Shown: positions 1 to 12,461, counted from the first letter of the stretch. The stretch is 64,000 bases of DNA from Eledone cirrhosa (GCA_964016885.1 OZ024759.1:17546001-17610000); one strand, 5' to 3'. The notes: a model not told the origin generated them from the sequence alone. Made by a program: numbers and translations.

Positions 1-13
1 TATATATATATAT

Positions 14-215
14 AGGAAAAAAGTCAGGACCTCGATGGCTGAGCTTCGGCCGTTACGACAGCTGGATCCAAACTCGGGTTCGGATCTAGCTGTTGAAACG
101 GCCGGAGCTCAGCTGTTGGGGTCCTGGTTCTTTTCCTTTTACCCACTCTACTACCCTGAGTATTGAGTACTCTGGTGCGTTATGGTCCACCTGGTATCTT
201 ACCACACCCTCTTTG

Positions 216-217
<2 letters not shown>
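14..217 (+). mobile_element. Fold-back element family P1 with hammerhead 3' half, copy 1
   Basis: Imperfect palindrome at 14..137 plus a unique tail shared with 823..990 and 7881..8076. Flanked by (TA)n on both sides. Confidence 0.75.
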
Positions 218-260
<43 letters not shown>

Positions 261-312
261 TACAAGTAAACAGGTTTAAAAGCTCAAGGATGCATCAAAT
301 ATAAACTTTATT

Positions 313-387
313 CACAAATGACATTTGTTTCAATATCGATCACGAAGACCGAGGTCGGACTCTGTATCGACAGCTCATCAGATGTGT
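313..387 (-). ncRNA. Type I hammerhead ribozyme with extended stem II
   Basis: Minus strand: ACACAT-CTGATGA-GCTGTCGAT...ATCGATATT-GAAA-CAAATG-TC-ATTTGT, followed by AATAAA. The core is intact with a GUC site; stem I has one mismatch. Confidence 0.7.
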
Positions 388-435
388 TGGTTTATATGTG
401 CAGAACACATTCAAACTCACTTACCTACCTCCTGC

Positions 436-467
<32 letters not shown>

Positions 468-611
468 TTATATGATGGGCTTCTGCAGTTCATGTCTAGT
501 AAAATCCACTCACAAATCAGTTAGACGTTTGTTCATATATATAAATATATATATATATATATACATTTATATAAATATATATATATATATTTATATATAT
601 GAACACACACA

Positions 612-656
<45 letters not shown>

Positions 657-786
657 ATATGTGACATATTTTGCGATGCAAGGCATTGTTGATCTTAGGC
701 AAGTCCCTAGCTGGATTAAAAAAACCACATCCGTGATGCTCATACTTAAGTATCATGCAATGGCATTACTTGAGATCGAGTTGCAG

Positions 787-822
<36 letters not shown>

Positions 823-823
<1 letters not shown>

Positions 824-990
824 AAAAGTATGACCCCGACGGCAGAGCTCAAGCCGTTTCGACGGCTATTTCTGGACCCAGAAATAGCCGTCGGGGTCAT
901 ACTTTTTCCTATTTCCCACTCTACTACCCTAAGTATTGAGTACTCTGGTGCGTTATGGTCGATCTGGTTCCTTACCACAATTCCTTTGTT
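823..990 (+). mobile_element. Fold-back element family P1, copy 2 (internal deletion)
   Basis: Palindrome at 823..907 with the same tail (cccactctactaccctaagtattgagtactctggtgcgttatggtc). (TA)n on both sides. Confidence 0.75.
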
Positions 991-1009
991 ATATATATAT
1001 ATATGTGTG

Positions 1010-1220
1010 TATCCCGGGTTCAAAGAGGGGGCGGGGGTGTAACCACTGTAAGAAAGGTACTCAAAGCATAGCAGAGTATAAGTGTTTAATATAGAAATGG
1101 CTTCTACAGGACTGGAACTGTTTCATTCAAAGGAAATCATCATCTTTCCTGGTGATTTCCTTCGAATAAAACAATTCTAGTCCTGTAGAAGCCATTTCTA
1201 TAGCAAACATTTATACTCTG

Positions 1221-1224
<4 letters not shown>
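1010..1224 (-). mobile_element. Fold-back element family P2 (hammerhead-containing), copy 1
   Basis: Imperfect palindrome at about 1068..1224. Arms carry TGATGA/CTGGTGA-TTTC..GAAT-GAAACAG..CTGTA. The tail is homologous to 13134..13200. Confidence 0.7.
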
Positions 1225-1268
<44 letters not shown>

Positions 1269-1271
1269 ACT

Positions 1272-1317
<46 letters not shown>

Positions 1318-1971
1318 GATGAGGATCCTTTTCCAGCAAAGCTCCTCTCTGCCACCACCACTACCATCTTACACCCGTTTACAACCACTGCTACATACAA
1401 TATATCTTGTCTCTTACATTATGATATGTTTTACATTTATAATGACAGCCTTCTTATTAAAAAGACACAGATTAATGGATATTCTAAAGATATGAGAGAT
1501 GCGATATTTGGAAATGCTTAGGCTTAGAAATTGTATTTTCTATTGGACATGGGATATTGGATATTTCACAGTTACAGTTAGAGAAACAATGACAACAATA
1601 ACATCAGCAACAGCAATAATAATGGGAATAACAACAATAACAACAACAACATTATAATAATAATAATGATAATAATAATAATAATGATAATAATAATAAT
1701 AATAATAATAGTAATAATAATAATAGGTGTGAGGAAGACACTCTGTATAGAACGGAAACAATACTGAAGGAAAAGGAAAAAAAACAACAACAATAATAAT
1801 AATAATAGTAATAATAATAATAACAATGGGAGCAAAATGGTGATGATGATTTTATAGCAACATAAACAGAACATCATAATGATAGTAGTAATGATAATAA
1901 TAATAACAATGTCAACATTGGGAGCAACATGGTGGTATTGATGATGATGATGATATAGCAGCATAAAAATA

Positions 1972-2810
1972 ATTGTTTCTACATTTGGCACAAGGCCAGC
2001 AATTACCCAGAGTGCATTACTGGTGCTTTATTTAATCGACCCCCGTAAGGATGAAAGGCAAAGTTAACCTTGGTGGGATTTGAACTCAGAATGGAAAGGG
2101 CCGTGACTCTATGCTGCAAAGCATGGCGTCCGACCCTCTACTGATACTGCCAATCCACCAAAATAATGATAAATAATATTAGTCATAATACCAACAGTGA
2201 GTACAACGTACTGATAATGATATTAACAGTTATAACTGTAAAACTGTAATAATTGTTTCTACTTGTGGCACAAGGCCAGCAATTACCCCAGTGCATTACT
2301 GGTGCTTTATTTTATTGACTTTTGTAAGGATGAAATCTAAAGCTAATCTTGGTGGTATTTGGACTCAGAATGTAAAAGGCCACAAATATATGCCACAAAA
2401 CATGTTGTGGGATGCTCTACTGATATTGCCCAATAGAAATAATAATGGTTCTACTTTTGGCACAAGGCCAGCAATTACCCCAGTGCATTACTGGTACTTT
2501 AATTTATCAACCCCGTAAGGATGAAAGACAAAGTCAACCTCGGCGGGATTTGAACTCAGATCGTAAAGGGACGTAACTATGCTGGAAAGCATGGCGTCCG
2601 ACCCTCTACCGATACTGCCAATAGAAATAATAATGGTTCTACTTTTGGCACAAGGCCAGCAATTACCCCAGTGCATTACTACTACTTTAATTTATCGACC
2701 CCGTAAGGATAAAAGGCGAAGTTAACCTCAGCGAGATTTGAACTCAGAACGTAAAGGGCCATAATTCGATGCCGCAAAGAATGTTGTCAGACACTCTACT
2801 GATACTGCCA
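1972..2810 (-). mobile_element. Cluster of four same-orientation tRNA-derived SINEs (family A)
   Basis: Each copy is about 185 bp on the minus strand: A-box-like TGGCAGTATCGG, B box GAGTTCAAATCC, central GCCTTTCATCCTTACGGGGTCGATAAA, and an (ATT)n tail. Confidence 0.85.
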
Positions 2811-2841
2811 AATAATAATAATGATGGTAATAGATATAATA

Positions 2842-3770
2842 ATTGTTTCTACTTTTGGCACAGGGCCAGCAATTACTCCAGTGTATTACTGGTATTTTAT
2901 TTTATTGACCTCCGTAAGGATAATAATTAATGATAATAATAATAATTGTTTCTACTTTGGGCACAGGGCCAGCAATTACCCCAGTGCATTACTGGTATTT
3001 TATTTTATTGACCTCCGTAAGGATAATAATTAATGATAATAATAATAATTGTTTCTACTTTGGGCACAGGGCCAGCAATTACCCCAGTGCATTACTGGTA
3101 TTTTATTTTATTGACCTCCGTAAGGATAATAATTAATGATAATAATAATAATTGTTTCTACGTTGGGCACAGGGCCAGCAATTACCCCAGTGCATTACTG
3201 GTATTTTATTTTATTGACCTCCGTAAGGATAATAATTAATGATAATAATAATAATTGTTTCTACTTTGGGCACAGGGCCAGCAATTACCCCAGTGCATTA
3301 CTGGTATTTTATTTTATTGACCTCCGTAAGGATAATAATTAATGATAATAATAATAATTGTTTCTACTTTGGGCACAGGGCCAGCAATTACCCCAGTGCA
3401 TTACTGGTATTTTATTTTATTGACCTCCGTAAGGATAATAATTAATGATAATAATAATAATTGTTTCTACTTTGGGCACAGGGCCAGCAATTACCCCAGT
3501 GCATTACTGGTATTTTATTTTATTGACCTCCGTAAGGATAATAATTAATGATAATAATAATAATTGTTTCTACTTTGGGCACAGGGCCAGCAATTACCCC
3601 AGTGCATTACTGGTATTTTATTTTATTGACCTCCGTAAGGATAATAATTAATGATAATAATAATAATTGTTTCTACTTTGGGCACAGGGCCAGCAATTAC
3701 CCCAGTGCATTACTGGTATTTTATTTTATTGACCTCCGTAAGGATAATAATTAATGATAATAATAATTGT
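2842..3770. repeat. 103-bp tandem repeat (~9 copies) derived from the SINE A 3' half
   Basis: The unit attgtttctactttgggcacagggccagcaattacccc...ccgtaaggataataattaatgataataataata recurs every 103 nt and is almost invariant. Confidence 0.95.
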
Positions 3771-4002
3771 AATAGTGATGCTTTCTTTTATTGGCCTTAG
3801 TGGGATTATTGGGGACAGTACAAAAGCTCAAATACAAGGGGAAAAGGGAAAATACAAACAAAAAACAGTGTGTATGTGTGTATATTTACATCGAGTGAAA
3901 GATTAAGATTACCGAAACAATAAACAGTACAATAATCAATAATGATAAACAACAATAATAGAACAATAACAACAACAACAACAACAACCATAATAATAAT
4001 AA

Positions 4003-4765
4003 TTTGTTTCTGATTTCGGTACAAGGCCGACAATTTTAGGGGAAGGGAAAGAGTCAATTAAATCGTACTTTATTTTATCAATCTTGTAAAGATGAAAACC
4101 AAAGTTAACCTCAGCGGGAGGATTTGAACTCGGAGCGTAAAGAGCCGTGACTCTATGCCGCAAAGCATGTTACCCAACGCTCTACCGATACTGCCAATCC
4201 ACCGCTCTTAACAACAGTGTTAATAATAATGATAATAATTGTTTCTACTTTTGGCACAAGGCCAGCAATTATCCCAGTGCATTACTGGTACTTTATTTTA
4301 TCGACCCCATAGGGATGAAAGGCAAAGTTAACCTCAGTGGGATTTGAATTCAGACCGTAAGGGACCGCAACTCTATGCTGCAAAGCATGGCGTCCGACCC
4401 TCTACCGATACTGCCAAAATAATAATGGTTTCTGATTAAGGCACAAGGCCAACAACTTTTGGGGAGGAGAAAATCGCATAAAATGACCCGAGTGCGTTAC
4501 TGGTACTTTATTTTATTGTCCCCATATGGATGAAAGACAAAGCTAACCTTGGTGAGAATTAAACTAAAAAATAATAATAACAATTGTTTCTACTTTAGGC
4601 ACAAGGCCAGCAATTTGAAGGGGAGAGGGGAAAGTCAATTAAATCGACCCCAGTGCATTACTGGTGCTTTAATTTGGTGGGATTTGAACTCAGATCATAA
4701 AGGGCCATAACTCTATACTGCGAAGCAGGGTGTTTGGCACTCTACCGATGCTGTCAATCCACCAC
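4003..4765 (-). mobile_element. SINE A cluster (4 copies, some truncated)
   Basis: Same B box and core motifs as family A. Confidence 0.8.
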
Positions 4766-5168
4766 CCAATTTTGGCACAAGCCTAGCAATAATAATAATA
4801 ATAATAGACTCACAAATTTGTCACAGCCTCATTTCATTCCCACCCCTCAGTTAAAATTTTATCTGTTTACACATATTTTTGATTGTCATGTGCACTTATA
4901 TAGGTCCAAATTAATATTTACACACATTTAAAAGGGTGTTTATAGATCACAATGATGATTATATATATATATATATATTATGTTGGTTAAGTGTCTAACT
5001 GCAGTTACAGGCAGTGCACCATTCGAAGCACTCAATGCTATTACAAATGTCCAAGGAAGAGTCAGGCCCTGGTCATTGGGATTGCACCCTGTACTGATTG
5101 ATATTGAAACAATTGTAATATACCAATAAAATTTATATATATGCTGCAACAGTGACTGCAATCCTACT

Positions 5169-5203
<35 letters not shown>

Positions 5204-5206
<3 letters not shown>

Positions 5207-5288
5207 TTCCTGATGACGAAAGGCCTTCTCCATGTGTTCCATTCGGTAACCATGTTTATTCCCTTTCAGAAACTAATTAGTTGGAGTG
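5204..5288 (+). ncRNA. Type I hammerhead ribozyme with long stem II insert
   Basis: TACTTC-CTGATGA-C GAAAGG...CCTTTC A-GAAA-CTAATTAG-TT-GGAGTG. Stem I is 6 bp including wobbles, stem III is the palindrome ACTAATTAGT, and the site is GUU. Confidence 0.7.
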
Positions 5289-5486
5289 AAATTTTAGTAA
5301 GTAAGTTAACTTTTATAATTTTCTTATTTTACGTCTTTCATATATATATATATAGGAATTCCGTACTTCTAATGAAATATGGTATGTTTATAAATAAACA
5401 TTTAGTAAGCTATAGCTTTGCAAAAACACCAGCAGTTATTGCCACCTGGCAGTCAGTGTTCAGCAGAAGCAAGGGGGGGGACAAAT

Positions 5487-5526
5487 GCTAATGCATTTTG
5501 AACTGAACTGGTTCTCATCAGGATGA
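5487..5526 (-). ncRNA. Degenerate minimal hammerhead
   Basis: Minus strand: CTGATGA-GAAC(CAGTTCA)GTTC-AAAA-TGCATT. It has G12->A, the palindrome AATGCATT and a poor stem I. Confidence 0.4.
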
Positions 5527-5573
5527 CCCCTCCCACTCTTGCAACTGCTGGACTTTGACAACAGGCAAGGGTG

Positions 5574-5605
<32 letters not shown>

Positions 5606-5665
5606 CACATATAATTATACACACACACACACACACACACACAAATATATATATATATATACAAG

Positions 5666-5702
<37 letters not shown>

Positions 5703-5744
5703 GAAAACGAAAAATCAGTGATGCATCTGGACTCAATTTATTGT

Positions 5745-5832
5745 GAGTTACAACTGTTTCTCCGGCAGACAGCTCGAGACAGGATCATTGTATGGGTCTG
5801 TCTGATTCTGCAACTGCAGGTTCGTCGGACAC
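5745..5832 (-). ncRNA. Degenerate hammerhead with long stem II
   Basis: Minus strand: GTGT-CCGACGA-ACCTGCAG...CTGCCGGA-GAAAC-AGTT-GTA-ACTC, then AATAAA. The core has a U4->C change. Confidence 0.45.
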
Positions 5833-6085
5833 TTCCAATAACTTCGGAAGAAATATTCTCACTGGGGTTTTAGGCTTAAAAAAAACTCCTTCCTCGCTTG
5901 TACCACACTCTGCTCTGTAAGAACATCGAGTGCTTAACTGGCATACCATCTATGTAAGCATCATAGCTACCATTAAAACACACACACACACACACACAGT
6001 ATTTACGTATCGAGAGAGAGAGAAAAAAAAGGGGGAGGATAGGTGATACATATAGTTATTTGTAAGGAACACTTTTGATTATTTA

Positions 6086-6127
6086 TGCCCTTGAGAAGCC
6101 CAACTGGGTGAAACGTACGTAGGTGCT
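6086..6127 (+). ncRNA. Minimal type I hammerhead, U3-A8 core variant
   Basis: GCCC-TTGAGAA-GCCC(AACT)GGGT-GAAA-CGTACG-TA-GG(T)GC. Stem III is the palindrome ACGTACGT. C3-G8 is replaced by the covarying pair U3-A8. Confidence 0.6.
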
Positions 6128-6314
6128 GTTTTAAATAAACATGTTTTAACGGTCTATTCTCCGATTTCTTACTTTCCCACATATATATATATACAGACAC
6201 GCTCACATATATATACAGACTTGCTCACATATATATTCATACATGCTCACATATATACTCACACACACACATATATATATATATGACAATAGACAATATG
6301 CCCCCACACCCCCC

Positions 6315-6583
6315 ACCGCAATGTGGTCGTGGAGGTGCCACGGCAAAAAAGCACCCAGCCCACTCTGTAAAGTGGAAGTGTAGGCGCCACGAAAAAGCAC
6401 CCAGCACTCTACTGTAAATGAGGTTGGTGTTAGGAAGGGCATCCAGCTGTAGAAATCAAGCCAGATCAGTTCCTGTATGAGCAAGGCATGGTCAGCCGAC
6501 CAGATACTGCCCACAGCAGGACAACCCGTCTAACCCATGCTAGCGTGGAAGAACGGACGTAAAACGGTGATGATGATGATGAT
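6315..6583 (+). mobile_element. SINE family B (RTE-like 3' tail ending in (TGA)n)
   Basis: GGAAGGGCATCCAGCTGTAG core and aacccatgctagcgtggaagaacggacgtaaaacggtgatgatg tail. Near-identical to 35292..35560 (-) and 46765..47031 (+). Confidence 0.8.
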
Positions 6584-6790
6584 GGGTGAGAGATGTAGAA
6601 GATGTGATATCCAAAGATGTGGAGAGAACTCAAACTTGTGAGAAGAGTTATAATGTAGTTTAAAAATTCACCATATACAAGTTTCAGAGCTACACCAATA
6701 TGTCTAATTTATTTTACAAAACTTTTGCCTGGGGATAGATTAGACATATCTGTCTGATGTTGGAACATGTGTAGCATGTTGGACTCCTTT

Positions 6791-6824
<34 letters not shown>

Positions 6825-6847
6825 CACACATGTGTATATGTGTGTGG

Positions 6848-6882
<35 letters not shown>

Positions 6883-7095
6883 ACTCTCTCTCTCTCTCCC
6901 CCCACACTCTCTCTCTCTCTCTCTCTCTCTCTCCCCCACTCTCTCTCCCTCCCCCACTCTTTCTCCCTCCCCACTCTCTCTCCCTCCCCCACTCTCTCTC
7001 CCTCCCCCACTCTCTCTCTCTCTCCCCCACTCTCTCTCTCTCCCCCACTCTCTCTCTCCCCCACTCTCTCTCCCTCTCCCACTCTCTCTCTCTCT

Positions 7096-7131
<36 letters not shown>

Positions 7132-7142
7132 TTATGAATGAA

Positions 7143-7187
<45 letters not shown>

Positions 7188-7587
7188 GAATGAATATTAT
7201 GAATGAATATGTGTGTATATATATATATATGTGTGTATATATGTATATATTGTGTATATATTTATGTGTATATATGTATATACATGTGTATATATGTATA
7301 TATATGTGTGTATATATGTCTATATAGTATTTAATATGATAATGCTGTCTGGAAGTAAGAACGCAACATCTATAACAAAAAGCTCATAGAAACTTAAAGA
7401 ATTGTTTCTTTTGATGAGAGATGCACAGAGAGTTCTATATTGTTATCACCATTGCCGTGACTACTACCACTACCACTATCACTGCACTCATACCACTTTG
7501 GAAGAAGAATCAGGATGGAGAGAGAGGTGCTGTACCCCAGCAAGTTTTATGAAAGGTGGGTGAAAGTGGCGAGAATGGCCCGAGTGA

Positions 7588-7856
7588 ATGGGCCTTCTCT
7601 CTATATCAGCCTGTAGGTTGAGGAAAAGGAGGAGGAGAGGAAAGGAGTACAAGCTCTTCGTACTCCTGGAGATGAGGGTTGCACATTTTTTTTTCGGGGG
7701 TATGTGTTACCCATATAAACTGTCTCCCTCTATTGGGGAAAATCGACTAACTTTTAAATTCCATCTGTGATAACATTTTACACGTTTTTATTGTATGTAA
7801 ACTTCCCCCTTTGTATTTGTCCCCTTCTTTTGTGCCCCTGTGGCTAATAAAGAAAT
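7588..7856 (+). mobile_element. 3' end of a non-LTR retroelement (second copy at 48240..48350, minus strand)
   Basis: About 108 bp essentially identical in reverse complement to 48240..48350. Ends in AATAAAGAAAT followed by a microsatellite. Confidence 0.6.
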
Positions 7857-7880
7857 ATATCATGTATATATATTTATATA

Positions 7881-8074
7881 TAGGAAAATGTTCAATACCT
7901 CGACAGCAGAGCTCAAGCTGTTTCGACAACTATTTCTGGACTGAAATAGCCGTTGATACGGCTTGAGCTCTGCTGTCGGGGTCTTGAACATTTTCCTATT
8001 ACCCACTCTACTACCTAAGTATTGAGTACTCTGATGCGTTATGGTCCATCTGGTTCCTAACAACACTTCCTTTG

Positions 8075-8076
<2 letters not shown>
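7881..8076 (+). mobile_element. Fold-back element family P1, copy 3
   Basis: Palindrome at 7881..7998 with the same tail and (TA)n flanks. Confidence 0.75.
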
Positions 8077-8113
<37 letters not shown>

Positions 8114-8310
8114 ATACAATAACAGAGATAGCTTAAAGCTAAACTCAGACTGGTAACCATCTCACTCAACAAACATTAGGTTATATGTTAGTATAAACCC
8201 AATTTAAGTGTTTGGGGTCTAACTATATGTATTTTGTGGAAAGCCAGTTGTATTATTTTATGAGATATAATTAAAGTTAAAATATATCTCTCTTTCCAAA
8301 CAATTGTTTC

Positions 8311-8346
<36 letters not shown>

Positions 8347-8533
8347 ACATATTTGTGTGTACATATGTATGTGTGTTTTTATATATATGTATGTGTGTGT
8401 GTGTGTATATATATATATTTATGTGTATGTGTATATATATGTGTGTATATATATGTGTCTATGTGCATATATATATTTGTGTGTGTGTGTATGTATATAA
8501 ATATGTGTGTGTGTGTGTGTGTATGTATATATA

Positions 8534-8566
<33 letters not shown>

Positions 8567-8867
8567 TTGTGTGCGTGTTTGTATATGTGTGTGAGTGTAT
8601 ATATGTGTGTATATATAAAATAATAATAATAATGAAATTATTGTGTAAAGTGCTCAGGTGCACTACAACTCATCAAAGGTGTATGTATAGTACATAGAAT
8701 AATACACAAATGTCAGGGAAGTACATGTGTGTATGTGTTAGCTGTAGTGTTGGCAGATCTCGGGAAGCATGGAGATATTTGTGTGTGAGTGTTTGTATAT
8801 GTGTGTGAGTGTATATATGTGCGTGTGTGTATATATCTCTGTGTGTGTGTGTGTGTGTATATATATA

Positions 8868-8908
<41 letters not shown>

Positions 8909-8956
8909 ATAATAATAAATTTGAAGACTAAAATCCAAAGAGCGCTCGATAAGGAT

Positions 8957-8990
<34 letters not shown>

Positions 8991-9345
8991 GCATCATCAA
9001 CGTTTAACGTCCGTGTTCCACGCTTGCATGGGTTTGGACGGGGGTAGTCCCACTTGAGGCAAGAGTGATTGTCTTGCTCGCATAGGACTGTCTGGCAGGT
9101 TTTCTACAGTTGGATGCCCTTCCTAACACCAACCACATTTACAGTGTGGGTCTGGGAGGTTTTTACCGTGTTGCCTACACGGCCACATTACAGCGTGGAC
9201 TGTGTGGCGGGTTTTCTACAGTTGGATGCCCTTCCTAACACCAACCACATTTACAGTGTGGGGCTGGGAGGTTTTTACCGTGTTGCCTACACGGCCACAT
9301 TACAGCGTGGACTGTGTGTTTTTTTGTCGTGACACCTACACGATC
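8957..9345 (-). mobile_element. SINE B copy with internal ~120-bp duplication
   Basis: The block 9090..9205 is repeated at 9205..9320; (CAT)n tail. Confidence 0.75.
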
Positions 9346-9573
9346 TCATTTGTTTCGGCCTCGATGGCGCGGCACCAACATAACTTTACATAGAACGGGG
9401 TGGTGTGGATGGGGTGGTGGTGGTGGGACGGGATATATTCTTGTGTGTGTGTGTATACATGTACCACCACCTCCACCATCACTACTGGTCTGAATGACAG
9501 TACTGCTACCAATACCACCCACACCACCAGTAACAAATCTGCCTTCACAAACCACACCAGAAACACCTCTGAC

Positions 9574-9605
<32 letters not shown>

Positions 9606-9626
9606 CATCACTACTACTACTACCAT

Positions 9627-9680
<54 letters not shown>

Positions 9681-10348
9681 CACTACTACTACTACCATCA
9701 CTACTATTACTACTACTACTACTACTACTAGCCATATCTTTGCATATATTTTAAAGAATTCTTGAAGATAAATTGCAACATGGTCTCAACATAAGACCAA
9801 ATCGAACTAGATGCCCTCCCCTCTATGTTTAACTGTCTTTTTTTCTCATTTCTTTGTTAGCAATTTCATCTCTTTTGTGCACTGGTTGCATAATGTGCAC
9901 ATGCACGCGTTTGTGCATTGCTTACTGGGAATAATAGTTAGCAACGTCAAAGCTGCTACTTTTCCTAAACCCAATGTTTTGTTAACGCCATTCTGTTAAT
10001 CAGCTTTATGTACATAGATGTCAAAATATTTAAAAAATCTTTGTTGAAAAAAATCACTTGTATGTATGTATGTATGTATGTATGTATGTATTGAAAAAAA
10101 AGCCTTCACTATATTTCTAACAATTTTCTTTTTCTCTCCCTAACAAAGTTTGTGAAGGTGTAAAAAGTATATAAGCAATTTATTTTATAGAATGCTTTTA
10201 AATGTTGCCTCTATATTTTTTCTCTTCAAATCATAGGCTTTCTAGAAACTGCCATATTTCTGTGTGTAGGTGTGTGTATATTTATATATATTTATATATA
10301 TAGTAAGGTGTAGGAATGTATATATATATATATTATGTATATATATTA

Positions 10349-10407
<59 letters not shown>

Positions 10408-10634
10408 GTATATGTATTCATATATGTGTATATATTGATGTATAAATACATATATGTATTCATATGTGTATATATTAATGTATGTATTCATACATATATG
10501 TATTCATATGTGTATATATCGATGTATGTATACATACATATATGTATTCATATGTGTATATATCGATGTATGTATGCATATATATATGTATTCATATGTG
10601 TATATATCAATGTATGTATACATATATGAATTCA

Positions 10635-10736
<102 letters not shown>

Positions 10737-10743
10737 TATATTC

Positions 10744-10810
<67 letters not shown>

Positions 10811-11115
10811 AAAAACAGGCTTCAATGATTTGTTAAATATATTTTTTTCCATACTCAATACAACATATGTTGGTGTAAAAAGTATATAAGCACCACATTT
10901 CATCGAATGCTTTTGTTTAAATATTATTTCTTTATTTCTTCTTCGACTAATTATAATTATAATTTGATGCAAGATTTTGCCCAGGAGAATATGAGTCAAT
11001 ATTGTTTTGTTTTTCTGTTTTGTTTTTCTGTTTTATTTTTCTGTTTTGTTTTTCTGTTTTGTTTTTCTGTTTTGTTTTATTGTTGGTTATACTAACAGGT
11101 AATTGTATATCTATA

Positions 11116-11279
11116 TAGTGCTGTCATGGGACACTTGGCTCTTGCCTGTGAACCCACTGGCTCTAGGTGCCCAATATTAACCTATGTATGCTGTGGTTTC
11201 TCTATGTAGGGGCCTCAATGCATTGATTTTAGTTTCTTTCCCTCCCCCTAGGGTCCATAATAATATTTTGACAGCCCTG
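11116..11279. mobile_element. Possible hAT-type MITE
   Basis: Ends are TAGTGCTGTCA and TGACAGCCCTG; the TSD is not clearly preserved. Confidence 0.4.
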
Positions 11280-11849
11280 GATGTATAGTCTATATACTTG
11301 TAGATTTCTAGACGAATATAGCTCACTAGGTTTATATATATGGAACCGTAACTCTTGTGGAGTTATAGGCCCTCTGTAGTGTCATACAGCATTTCTTGGT
11401 CACTTTTAAACCTGAGGGAGCCTATCATTTTTTCAGGTCTGTACACAGCCGATTTATTCCAGAGAAGGAGAAAGAGTGATAGGAAAGGAAGGGAAAAACA
11501 GATTTAGAGGAACAATCGACCCCAGTACTGTACTGGTACTTTTTTTCTTGACCTGGAAAGGATGAAAGGCAATGTTGACTTCAATGGAATTTGAACTCAG
11601 AGAGCATAGTGCCAGAATGAGAGCCACAAAGCATTCTATCTGATGTTCTAATGACTCTACAAATTCCCCAACTACATATTTCACTATACTAACAGCATAT
11701 TAAGATCTTTAAACTAATATATCTTACTAGTATTGATTACTACTACTGATTATGGACTATATATCTGACTATACTACTAATGGCATATTAGTAGATGTAC
11801 AATAGTGATGATGATGATGATGATGATGATAAGGATAATAATAATAATA

Positions 11850-12055
11850 TTTTCTGGCCAATTATTTTTTTGGGGGGAGAGAAAACCAATTAAATCGACA
11901 CCAGTACGTTACTTGGTGCTTTATTTTATTGACCCCATAAGGATGAAAGACAAAGTTAACCTCGGTGGGATTCAAATGCAGCATGTAAAGGGCCGTAACC
12001 GTATGCAGCAGAGCAGGGTGTTCAACGCTCTACTGATACTGCCAATCCACCAACC
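11850..12055 (-). mobile_element. SINE A copy
   Basis: Family A core and head motifs. Confidence 0.75.
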
Positions 12056-12461
12056 TCTTACATACTTAATAGTAATAGTAATAATAATAATAATAATGAT
12101 ATAGGACTTTCAAATATTGTCACAGCCATATTTTATCATCCTGTTTATTATATTTTTTATTTAATATTAAAGAGTTATATAAATTTATATGACTCTTCAC
12201 CACAACCTTCATTTTGATTGTCATGTATAATTACATAGGATGTACATATGATGATGATGTACATACATACATACATAGTCATATGTACATACATACATAG
12301 TCATAAAAACATTTATGCATACTTACATACATTCATATATACAAACAAACATATCAACACATAATTACATACAAACATATCAACACATAATTACATACAA
12401 ACATATCAACACATAATTATAAATGAATAAAAATAACCAGTATTATATTACATTAAATTAT

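Noticed and set aside
2821-3754. Repeated 68-aa ORFs or a CRISPR-like array
   Set aside because: Units are identical with no unique spacers; they derive from a SINE tail and there are no cas genes.
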